Assembly (NCBI GenBank): GCA_049241065.1
Contig: JBMLRK010000446.1
Coordinates: 1,431-51,664 of the forward strand
Source: Spirosomataceae bacterium
GTDB taxonomy: Bacteria; Bacteroidota; Bacteroidia; Cytophagales; Spirosomataceae
Length of the DNA: 50,234 nucleotides
Reading direction: 5' to 3'
Shown here: positions 18,192 to 25,635 of the stretch, one piece after another
How the letters are laid out: the number at the start of each line of letters is the position of its first letter
Numbering within the stretch: the stretch's first letter is position 1
The notes under the pieces: model-generated
What the model was told of the DNA's origin: nothing
The model's input: only the letters and a program-made list of their open reading frames with translations
Database searches by the model: none
Made by a program: the position numbers and the translations under genes

Positions 18192-18226
18192 GCTACTTAC
18201 TGAGTAAGCACTATTCAGTAAGTAGC
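18192..18226 (+). other. Perfect 12-bp hairpin in the SusC-SusD intergenic gap
   Basis: GCTACTTACTGA-gtaagcactat-TCAGTAAGTAGC. It lies 27 nt after the SusC stop and 41 nt before the SusD ATG. No T-run follows. Confidence 0.7.
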
Positions 18227-18267
18227 ATAAGAGAATTTCATCTAGCGACATTCTAAAATTTACTCAA

Positions 18268-19701
18268 ATGAAAAGAATCATATCACTTTTAACAATAGCA
18301 CTTCTGGCAACTTCGTGCGAGAGCAATCTTGAGCAGTTGAATACAGATATTAAACGCCCAAGTTCTGGGTCAGTTCCATCGGCAACGGTTTTTGCAGCAG
18401 CAGAAGCGAGCCTTTTTGAGCAAATGGTTAATACAAGCGTTAACTTAAACGTTTTCAGATTAATGGCTCAACAATGGACAGAAACCACTTATACTGACGA
18501 AAGTAACTACGATATTACTACTCGTAAAATTCCTGATGCAGTTTGGGATCGTTTATACAGAAGAGCATTAGGTAACTTAAAAGAAGCTACTACTTTGGTT
18601 ACAGCAGAATCTGCTATCGGTGATGCAGGTAAAGTTGCAAAAGCTAATAAATTATTAGTAATCGAATTGTTGAATATCTATACATTCCAAGTATTAGTGG
18701 ACACGTTCGGTGATATTCCGTATTCTCAGGCTCTTAACCCTGCTAATGTAAATCCTAAATATGACGATGCTAAAACTATTTACTTAGACTTAGCAAAACG
18801 TTTGGATGTTGTTATTGCTGGTATTAATACAAGCGGCGATTCATTTGGTTCTGGCGATTTAGTATATGCTGGCGACATGACAAAATGGAAAAAATTTGCT
18901 AATGGTTTGAAATTGAAGATTGGTTTAGCATTAGTGGATGCAGATCCTGCTACAGCAAAAACATTAATCGAAGCAGCTTCTAAAGGAGCGTTAACGTCGA
19001 ATGCTGACAATGCAAAACTTAGCTATGAAGGGTCTCTTCCTAATACAAACCCTATTTGGATTGACTTAGTACAAAGTGGTCGTAAAGATTATGTTCCTGC
19101 GAACACAATCGTTGACATCATGAATACGCTTGAAGATCCACGTCGTGCTATCTACTTCACTCAATTGGATGGTAAATATGTAGGTGGTCCTTATGCTGCA
19201 GGTGGTAACTATACAAACTTCTCGGCAATAGGCACAGCAATTACATCTCCTACGCTTGAAGGAGTAATCATGGATTATGCAGAAGTTTCATTCGGGTTAG
19301 CTGAAGCAGCAGCTCGTGGATTCAGTGTAGGCGGTACTGCTGAAAGCTTCTATAAGCAAGGAGTTACAGCATCATTTGCTTACTGGAATGCTGGAGATGC
19401 TGCGGCTTACTTAGCAAAACCAACTGTAGCTTATACTACTGCAACAGGAGATTACAAGCAAAAAATTGGTACTCAGAAATATCTTGCGTTATATAACCGT
19501 GGGTTTGAAGCATGGACTGAATGGAGACGTTTAGACTGGCCTAAATTCAACCTACCAGTTAACAAAACGTATGCTGATATTCCTGTACGTTTTACCTACC
19601 CTGTAGGAGAGCAAACGTTGAATTTAGTCAACTGGCAAGCAGCTTCTGCTGCAATCGGTTCTGACAAAGTACAAACTAAATTGTTCTGGGATAAATTCTA
19701 A
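18268..19701 (+). CDS. SusD/RagB-family nutrient-binding outer-membrane lipoprotein
   Basis: 477 aa. Lipoprotein signal (LLATSC), all-helical TPR-like composition, positioned immediately downstream of SusC. Confidence 0.85.
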   Translation: MKRIISLLTIALLATSCESNLEQLNTDIKRPSSGSVPSATVFAAAEASLFEQMVNTSVNLNVFRLMAQQWTETTYTDESNYDITTRKIPDAVWDRLYRRALGNLKEATTLVTAESAIGDAGKVAKANKLLVIELLNIYTFQVLVDTFGDIPYSQALNPANVNPKYDDAKTIYLDLAKRLDVVIAGINTSGDSFGSGDLVYAGDMTKWKKFANGLKLKIGLALVDADPATAKTLIEAASKGALTSNADNAKLSYEGSLPNTNPIWIDLVQSGRKDYVPANTIVDIMNTLEDPRRAIYFTQLDGKYVGGPYAAGGNYTNFSAIGTAITSPTLEGVIMDYAEVSFGLAEAAARGFSVGGTAESFYKQGVTASFAYWNAGDAAAYLAKPTVAYTTATGDYKQKIGTQKYLALYNRGFEAWTEWRRLDWPKFNLPVNKTYADIPVRFTYPVGEQTLNLVNWQAASAAIGSDKVQTKLFWDKF

Positions 19702-19722
19702 TTCAAGGGTTTCCTAAAGAAT

Positions 19723-19761
19723 AAAAAAGAGCTACTCGAAATTCGAGTAGCTCTTTTTTTT
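19723..19761. terminator. Bidirectional terminator between convergent susD-like and hydrolase genes
   Basis: AAAAAA-GAGCTACTCGAA-a-TTCGAGTAGCTC-TTTTTTTT. Confidence 0.85.
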
Positions 19762-20491
19762 ATATCGCTCTTAAAAACATTCTCAGAAAAGCGAGACATT
19801 CATCGGGTGCTTCCAACATTCCCAAATGCCCTACGTCATCTAATAGTAAAACCTCAGGATTAGTTAAGGTATCTAACTGCAATAGAGCGTCTGCTAAAGG
19901 AATAGCTTTATCTTTTTTCCCAATGATGTAACCCACAGGGTAAATTGCATTTTGAAGTACTACTAATCGGTTAGGACGAGTACGCATTGCCCGAATGGCA
20001 GAGATAAAACCTGATATATCTAGTCGCTGGGCTTCTTTACGTTGCTTTTCAATGACATCAGGATAAAGCTCTACAAACTCTTCAGAAAAAAGGTTTGGAA
20101 CAAAACTGCGTAAGAATAAATCTAAGCCATGACTTTCTAAGAACTCAATGTGCTTCATCCGAATTTCTTTTCGCTCCTCCGAATCAGGATAGGCAGTTGA
20201 ATGAAACATCACTAAACCCGTAACTATCTGTGGATACTTTTCAGCAAATGCCAAAGCAATATACCCTCCCATTGAATGCCCAATGAGTGTACATTGTTCA
20301 ACTCCTTTTGTTTCGACTACCAAATCATAAATATATTCTGCATAATCGTCCATCGAGTGCATTCCTGTAAAATTGGCATATTCAGGAACAATACACTGAT
20401 ATTCTTTCTGTAAAAATGGAACAAAGCCGTTCCAGATACTCGCATCTTCACCTAAACCGTGTAGTAGCACGATTACTTTTCTTGTGTTCAT
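19760..20491 (-). CDS. Alpha/beta-fold hydrolase
   Basis: 243 aa. HGLGED oxyanion region, nucleophile elbow GHSMGG and a late GH. Its ATG directly abuts the upstream stop (TAGATG). Confidence 0.85.
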   Translation of the reverse strand: MNTRKVIVLLHGLGEDASIWNGFVPFLQKEYQCIVPEYANFTGMHSMDDYAEYIYDLVVETKGVEQCTLIGHSMGGYIALAFAEKYPQIVTGLVMFHSTAYPDSEERKEIRMKHIEFLESHGLDLFLRSFVPNLFSEEFVELYPDVIEKQRKEAQRLDISGFISAIRAMRTRPNRLVVLQNAIYPVGYIIGKKDKAIPLADALLQLDTLTNPEVLLLDDVGHLGMLEAPDECLAFLRMFLRAI

Positions 20492-21064
20492 CTACAAATT
20501 AGACACCAGTCCAATAATTAAAAATATTAAGCCGACTAAGGCCGCCAGACCACCTATCTGTCCCAAGCCCAAAATAGTTAAAGCAACGCCGACAGCAAGT
20601 AATATGAGACCAATTTTAAGATTCTGATTCCAGTCTTGGTAACTTGAATAACTCGTAAAAAATGCTTTTTTCTGAGCAGATTTCAAGACTTTTTTTAAGA
20701 CAACTCGCTCCACCATATTCATTTTACGAGTGCCTGAGACCTGTTGGAAGTTCTCTTGTTTTAACAAAGTAAGTTTTGCTTGCTTTAACTTCTCATGAAC
20801 ATTGTTAGCCAAAATTATGCCATGCTCTGCCTTTGTAGAGGAAGAAGCTGTAAAAACTGGACTTGAAACCGTTATTTCTTGCTCAATACTCATTTTTTCT
20901 CGTTGCAAAGAATCAGAATGAACTTTCACAAGTGAAGCTGCCTCATTTTTCGCTATCGCTCTCTGATGTGGAACAGCTTGGAAAGAAAAATGTTTAGACG
21001 AAGAGCAAGATGCTAATAGTAGAACACCCAATAAAAAATAGGGTAATTGTTGAATAAGACGCAT
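20492..21064 (-). CDS. Hypothetical lipoprotein/membrane protein with two C-terminal Gly-rich TM helices
   Basis: 190 aa. LLLASC lipobox and a C-terminal GLILLAVGVALTILGLGQIGGLAALVGLIFLIIGLV segment. Confidence 0.5.
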   Translation of the reverse strand: MRLIQQLPYFLLGVLLLASCSSSKHFSFQAVPHQRAIAKNEAASLVKVHSDSLQREKMSIEQEITVSSPVFTASSSTKAEHGIILANNVHEKLKQAKLTLLKQENFQQVSGTRKMNMVERVVLKKVLKSAQKKAFFTSYSSYQDWNQNLKIGLILLAVGVALTILGLGQIGGLAALVGLIFLIIGLVSNL

Positions 21065-21123
21065 AAATTTTAGGTTTTAAATCATGTGATGTATAGACTG
21101 CGACAGAACCTCTTGGAACGAAA

Positions 21124-21156
21124 CCTTATAGGTTTTGAAAACCTATAAGGTTTTTT
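21124..21156. repeat. Perfect 16-bp-arm palindrome AAACCTTATAGGTTTT-g-AAAACCTATAAGGTTT
   Basis: Read directly. A T-run follows on the + side only, although both flanking genes are on the - strand. Confidence 0.6.
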
Positions 21157-21194
21157 GAAGATTGAAATTCTAATGTCACACTCTATAATAAATG

Positions 21195-21280
21195 CATAGA
21201 GGTTGTCTCTGATGGATTAAGTACCAAGGTATCAGGGTTGTGAACCTTGTACTTACTATACACCAAAAACAACCTCTATG
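21195..21280 (-). other. 86-nt extended stem-loop immediately downstream of clpX
   Basis: The outer arms are a perfect 12 bp: CATAGAGGTTGT (21195..21206) and ACAACCTCTATG (21269..21280). The inner arms are AAGTACCAAGGT (21219..21230) and ACCTTGTACTT (21244..21254), 11 bp with one bulge. The structure begins 15 nt after the clpX stop. Confidence 0.5.
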
Positions 21281-21294
21281 TACCAGTCGTATTG

Positions 21295-22548
21295 TTATGA
21301 TACTTTTTTCATTTGATGGAAGGTAGTACGCTCAAACTTCTCTCTTGCGTAATCTAGACTTACAACAAACTCCTTAATTTCAGTTTGGGAAGGAAGTTCA
21401 AACATTGCATCCGTAATAATCGCTTCACAGATAGAACGTAAGCCCCTTGCTCCGAGTTTATACTCCATTGCTTGTTCAACAATATATTCTAAGGCTTCAT
21501 CCGAGAAGGTTATATCAATACCTTCCATTTTGAATAACTTATCATATTGCTTAACTAGAGCATTTTTAGGTTCTGTCAAGATAGATAACAACGTACTCTT
21601 ATTAAGAGGATTCAAATAGGTAATCACAGGTAAACGTCCCAACAATTCAGGAATCAAGCCGAACGATTTTAAATCTTGAGCGTTTACATACTGCATGATA
21701 TGACTGTCATCGAATTCATCGAAGAACGTCGCATCTTTACTAAAGCCAATCGGTTGGGTATTTAAACGTTTGGTGATGTGACGCTTCACCCCGTCGAATG
21801 CACCTCCGCAAATAAACAAGATATTTTCGGTGTTTACCGCAATCATTTTCTGGTCTGGGTGCTTGCGACCTCCTTGTGGAGGACAATTAACCACAGCCCC
21901 TTCTAATAGCTTCAATAAAGCCTGTTGTACGCCTTCTCCCGAGACATCACGAGTGATAGAAGGATTATCTGACTTACGAGCAATTTTATCAATTTCGTCA
22001 ATAAAAACGATTCCCTTTTCAGCCTTTTCCACATCATAGTCAGCCGCCATTAGCAAACGAGTCAAGATACTTTCTACATCTTCACCCACATAACCCGCTT
22101 CAGTCAATACGGTAGCATCGGCAATACAAAACGGCACATCAAGCATTTTGGCAATATTTCTTGCCAAATAGGTTTTTCCCGTACCAGTTTCACCTACCAT
22201 AATGATATTGGATTTTTCAATCTGAACATCATCGTTGGCAATTTTAGGTTGCATCAAACGCTTATAATGGTTATAAACAGCCACGCACAAGTGCTTTTTG
22301 GCATCATCTTGACCGATTACATATTGGTCAAGGAATGCCTTCATATCCATCGGCTTAATTACGTTATAAGCAGCTTTTTTGACTTTTGCACCTTTGCCTT
22401 TGACAGGGCCGTTTAATTCCTCATTCAATAAATCATGTGCTTGTTCAATACATTCGCTACAAACATGACCATCTACACCTTGCAGAAGCATCTGCACGTC
22501 ATTTTGAACTCTACCACATAGGGTACAGTGAGCTTGTTGTTTTTTCAT
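21295..22548 (-). CDS. clpX: ATP-dependent Clp protease ATP-binding subunit ClpX
   Basis: 417 aa. N-terminal Zn ribbon (CTLCGR...CSEC), Walker A GETGTGKT, Walker B FIDEIDK and a GARGLR sensor. Confidence 0.97.
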   Translation of the reverse strand: MKKQQAHCTLCGRVQNDVQMLLQGVDGHVCSECIEQAHDLLNEELNGPVKGKGAKVKKAAYNVIKPMDMKAFLDQYVIGQDDAKKHLCVAVYNHYKRLMQPKIANDDVQIEKSNIIMVGETGTGKTYLARNIAKMLDVPFCIADATVLTEAGYVGEDVESILTRLLMAADYDVEKAEKGIVFIDEIDKIARKSDNPSITRDVSGEGVQQALLKLLEGAVVNCPPQGGRKHPDQKMIAVNTENILFICGGAFDGVKRHITKRLNTQPIGFSKDATFFDEFDDSHIMQYVNAQDLKSFGLIPELLGRLPVITYLNPLNKSTLLSILTEPKNALVKQYDKLFKMEGIDITFSDEALEYIVEQAMEYKLGARGLRSICEAIITDAMFELPSQTEIKEFVVSLDYAREKFERTTFHQMKKVS

Positions 22549-22624
22549 ATACTTGTCACAACGAAAGCGTTGCTAGACTATTTCATTAGATGCAAAGCAC
22601 CAGACAATTCGTTAATACTACTTA

Positions 22625-22632
22625 CAAAAGTA
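22625..22632 (-). promoter_or_regulatory. Candidate Bacteroidota -7 box (TACTTTTG) for clpX
   Basis: Exact TAnnTTTG match 77 nt upstream of the clpX ATG and downstream of the clpP hairpin. Such matches also occur by chance in AT-rich DNA. Confidence 0.35.
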
Positions 22633-22686
22633 CGAAGGATTTATAAATTTTGTATTTACCCTCTTAATTAAACTCCTATAAAAGAC

Positions 22687-22724
22687 GAAATGCTTATCTC
22701 TGCGGTAACAGAAATAAGCATTTC
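22687..22724 (-). terminator. Hairpin after clpP (attenuator or terminator between clpP and clpX)
   Basis: GAAATGCTTAT...ATAAGCATTTC, 11-bp perfect arms extendable to about 16. GTCTTTTAT follows on the minus strand. Confidence 0.5.
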
Positions 22725-22750
22725 TCAAAAAATCATTTAACGCTTCATTC

Positions 22751-23473
22751 TTAACGACTTAATACTTCGTCAATCAAGCCGTATTCTTTTGCTTCTTCCG
22801 CACGCATCCAGTAGTCACGATCTGAATCTCTTTCGATTTCTTCGAACGATTTACCTGAATGTTTTGCCAAGATTTCGTACAATTCTTTACGAATTTTAAC
22901 GATTTCACGAGCCGTGATTTCAATATCACGAGATTGACCTGATGCACCACCAGAAGGTTGGTGAATCATGATACGAGCGTGTTCTAAAGCCGAACGTTTT
23001 CCAGCAGCACCACCAGCCAACAATACAGCACCCATTGAAGCAGCCAATGAAGTACAGATAGTAGCTACGTCAGGACGGATATAGTTCATGGTATCGTAGA
23101 TACCCAAACCAGCATATACCGAACCACCAGGGCTGTTGATATACATCATAATATCCTTCTTCGCATCTGTTGACTCCATGAACAATAACTGAGCAACAAT
23201 AATATTAGCCATATAATCATCTACAGGAACACCCATAAAAATGATTCTATCCATAATTAAGCGAGAGAAGACATCAATCTGAGCAAAACGCATTGGACGT
23301 TCTTCAATGATATATTGAGTCATATCCTCTACAAATGGGCGGCTTGTACCACCAAAGTTTGCAGCACCATCACCCGCCATGTTCATATATTGATCCACTG
23401 CCAAGCCGTTCAACCCTCTATGATGAACAGCATATTTTCTAAATTCTTCTGAGCTTAATTCTTTTGGAAACAT
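22751..23473 (-). CDS. clpP: ATP-dependent Clp protease proteolytic subunit ClpP
   Basis: 240 aa. INSPGGSV, catalytic Ser in AASMGA, His in MIHQPSGG and Asp in DRDYWM. Confidence 0.95.
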   Translation of the reverse strand: MFPKELSSEEFRKYAVHHRGLNGLAVDQYMNMAGDGAANFGGTSRPFVEDMTQYIIEERPMRFAQIDVFSRLIMDRIIFMGVPVDDYMANIIVAQLLFMESTDAKKDIMMYINSPGGSVYAGLGIYDTMNYIRPDVATICTSLAASMGAVLLAGGAAGKRSALEHARIMIHQPSGGASGQSRDIEITAREIVKIRKELYEILAKHSGKSFEEIERDSDRDYWMRAEEAKEYGLIDEVLSR

Positions 23474-23603
23474 AATTTGTCTATCGTTTTAATTCTATAA
23501 TCGTAAAACTGTTTATTTCATAAAAAGGTTCTATTCACCTATCACAAAAGCAAATATGCAAAATGATTGAAATAATCCTAACGAAATTGCCTTTTTTTGT
23601 ATA

Positions 23604-23643
23604 AACAAAAAAAACTCCCTCTATGTTTTAGGCATGAGGGAGT
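23604..23643 (-). terminator. Rho-independent terminator ending the FAS1/SusCD operon
   Basis: Minus strand: ACTCCCTC-atgcctaaaacata-GAGGGAGT followed by 8-9 T. It lies 43 nt after the last SusD stop. Confidence 0.8.
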
Positions 23644-23685
23644 GGTTTTTCATTGTTAATTAGTACAAGCGGTTAAAAAGTTTTC

Positions 23686-25554
23686 TTACATTTTGAAAGG
23701 CAAATACCAGTTAGCAGGATCCATCAATTTGGCACGAACAGCCTCCGCATTTGGATTATTAGCTTTTTTCAATTTGTTATATACTTTATCTGCCAAGAAA
23801 GCAGGGTCATTTCTACGAAGAGCAACACGAACTAAATCTCCCCAACGGTGTCCTTCAAAAGCTAATTCTAAAGCCCCCTCTGTCACGATAGCGTTTTCGA
23901 TAGACTCCGTATTCATCGTTGCAAAAGCATCTGTATTTTTCACGTATGCTCTCCCCCTTACTCCAAGATTATCACGCCAAATACCACGATAACGAGGAAT
24001 ATCCCCAAGTCTTCCGTCGAATTTATATACAGGATCGACATCACCCATTCCATGTACGTTTGTCACATCAGTTCCACTGGGCACAGGGAAGTTGCCTCTG
24101 ACTCCATTATTCAGCAAAGCATAAGCAAGCTGTGAACGTTGATCTCTGTTAGATGCTTCTGCTATTTTGAGGTGAATATTAGCGGCTCTGTTCAAGAACC
24201 AGCGACCATTTTTACGGTAAATACTTGAGGTCAAGTAAGAGTTTAAACCCACTGTTCCATCCAATGAAGGATTTAAGTAGTAATATAAATGCTTAGTTGC
24301 CACGTAGTCAGCACTACCATTGATTTTTTTACAAGACATTATTTTTCTTGCATCATAGGGAATATTATTAATCTGAGTTTGAGCATCCCAAAGAGCGATA
24401 GCTTCATTTGATGGTTTCAATAAATAGCTTCCGCCTAAAGTAACAGGTGAAAATAACTCTACAAATGAATTATCTGGCGAAAATCTGCTATCAAAAGGTA
24501 ACATCCACAACCATTCAGGGTCATTACCAATGAATGATGTAGCATTAGAACCAGCAGATGAGCGATCTCTCGAAAATATTGAACGCCAGTTAAAATTATT
24601 ATTGTCTTGTAAAGTAGAAGCGTCTGCCACATTGGAGTACCCTACAGTGATTAAACCCATCCCAGAAGTCATGGCAACTGCTGTCAGCTTATAACAATTA
24701 CCAGAGGCATTTAAGTTTGGCTCTAATACCTCCCACTCAGTCCCTCCATTTAGTTTTTCTACTCCCACAGCATTTCTATATTGAAATACTGCTTTACGAT
24801 ATTGATTGTCCCAAAGGTATAAATCACCTAATAAACAACGTTTGTTAATAAAAAACAAACGAGACGCATAGGTATCTAAGCCATTCAAAACCAATGGATT
24901 TTCAGCAGTATATGGGTCTAAGTAGGCACTTTGTACGGAATGAATTTCCGCAGCACCTGGAATCATTTCCATGTCTTTGATTAATGCTTTGACTAAGGCA
25001 GGTAATGACAATCTAGGTAAATCAACAACCGCTCTAGCATCTTTCACAGTTTCCAGTGCCTCTGTCACATAAGGAACATTACCGAAGTGCATTCCTAACT
25101 GTAAATAGATGTAAGAACGCAAGGTAAGAATATCGGCTCTGCGTTGCTCGTATTGCTCACTAGTCAAACGTCCTGATTCCTTCATAATTTTGAAGTTTTT
25201 CAGGGCGTCATTAGTGTTTAGAATAACTTCATAAAAAGGACGAGGATTAGCATAAGGATTACCCTCTTTAACATCATGGTTATTGATTTCTCTCAAAGCC
25301 ATATCTGCATTACCAGTTACATCCAACAAATCAGCTCTTAGCTCATTAAGAACGGTATGTTGCTTAGAAAGGGCTACAAATTTACCATAGATACCAATGA
25401 TGGCAGCATCGGCATCTTTAACATCTTTGTAAGCTTGTGAGGCAACAAGCACTTCTTGGGCTGGCTCTTCAAACAGTGAAGAACAACTAGACGCTCCTAC
25501 TAATAGTCCAGCAACTCCCAATGAAAAAAATATTTTTGTGAACGTTGATTTCAT
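23686..25554 (-). CDS. SusD/RagB-family lipoprotein (long, 622 aa)
   Basis: Lipoprotein signal (GASSC). C-terminal SusD hallmark LELAFEGHRWGDLVR. Directly downstream of a SusC gene. Confidence 0.85.
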   Translation of the reverse strand: MKSTFTKIFFSLGVAGLLVGASSCSSLFEEPAQEVLVASQAYKDVKDADAAIIGIYGKFVALSKQHTVLNELRADLLDVTGNADMALREINNHDVKEGNPYANPRPFYEVILNTNDALKNFKIMKESGRLTSEQYEQRRADILTLRSYIYLQLGMHFGNVPYVTEALETVKDARAVVDLPRLSLPALVKALIKDMEMIPGAAEIHSVQSAYLDPYTAENPLVLNGLDTYASRLFFINKRCLLGDLYLWDNQYRKAVFQYRNAVGVEKLNGGTEWEVLEPNLNASGNCYKLTAVAMTSGMGLITVGYSNVADASTLQDNNNFNWRSIFSRDRSSAGSNATSFIGNDPEWLWMLPFDSRFSPDNSFVELFSPVTLGGSYLLKPSNEAIALWDAQTQINNIPYDARKIMSCKKINGSADYVATKHLYYYLNPSLDGTVGLNSYLTSSIYRKNGRWFLNRAANIHLKIAEASNRDQRSQLAYALLNNGVRGNFPVPSGTDVTNVHGMGDVDPVYKFDGRLGDIPRYRGIWRDNLGVRGRAYVKNTDAFATMNTESIENAIVTEGALELAFEGHRWGDLVRVALRRNDPAFLADKVYNKLKKANNPNAEAVRAKLMDPANWYLPFKM

Positions 25555-25580
25555 CTCAAAATTATAATAAAACTGTGTGA

Positions 25581-25615
25581 AATAATTCAGTAGAAGTAGC
25601 TCCTACTGAATTATT
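25581..25615 (-). other. Perfect 13-bp hairpin in the SusC-SusD intergenic gap
   Basis: AATAATTCAGTAG-N9-CTACTGAATTATT. It lies 20 nt after the SusC stop and 26 nt before the SusD ATG. It shares ATTCAGTA(A)G.AGC / GCTACTT..ACTGA words with the hairpin at 18192..18226. Confidence 0.7.
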
Positions 25616-25635
25616 AGGATTTGATACTGAGTAAA

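Noticed and set aside
22751-23473. ClpP N-terminal extension (about 50 residues before the conserved core), considered as a possible misannotated start or novel domain
   Set aside because: The FRKYA..H.G.NG-type N-terminus is, from memory, normal for Bacteroidota ClpP proteins, and the catalytic Ser/His/Asp are intact.
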